From positions 17,670,001 through 17,734,000 of the forward strand of contig OZ024766.1 in assembly GCA_964016885.1 (NCBI GenBank): DNA of 64,000 bases, read 5' to 3'. Position 1 is the first letter of the stretch; the number at the start of each line of letters is the position of its first letter. This DNA comes from Eledone cirrhosa. Taxonomy: Eukaryota. The position numbers were made by a program, and so were the translations under genes. Under the pieces are notes generated by a model. That model ran no database searches. It was not told the origin of the DNA and saw only the letters and a list, made by a program, of their open reading frames with translations. Of this stretch, positions 63,935 through 64,000 are shown one piece after another.

Positions 63935-64000
63935 CATATGTATATATACACATGTATATATACACATGTATATATATATACATATATATATACACATGCA
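63592..64000. repeat. (TA)n/(TACA) microsatellite
   Basis: Low complexity. Confidence 0.97.

Overview
Repeat-saturated eukaryotic genomic DNA with spliceosomal genes. The SINE and LINE families and the huge (TA)n tracts resemble coleoid cephalopod (Octopus-like) DNA; this is an inference. There are two convergent intron-rich genes. (1) The 3' four exons of REXO4 (DEDDh RNA exonuclease 4) on the + strand, 3584-14349. (2) A nucleolin-like multi-RRM RNA-binding gene on the - strand, with exons at 56638-56497, 43958-43549, 29892-29766 and probably 28771-28623; its last junction is out of phase. The rest is minisatellites (13, 60/72, 63, 65, 99, 102/105, 106, 108 and ~114 bp units), RTE-LINE-derived elements carrying an expandable 80-bp internal array, tRNA-SINEs with 49-bp internal arrays, a CR1-like RT fragment, a 5'-inverted RTE-like LINE, a DD37D (maT) mariner remnant, a 200-N gap and a 250-bp-arm palindrome. 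Almost all long ORFs in the track are repeat artefacts. I found no clear novel multi-gene system. The best leads are repeat/RNA-structure phenomena: a LINE-coding-derived minisatellite, a splice-donor array, a coding hairpin with A-C mismatches, and the palindrome.
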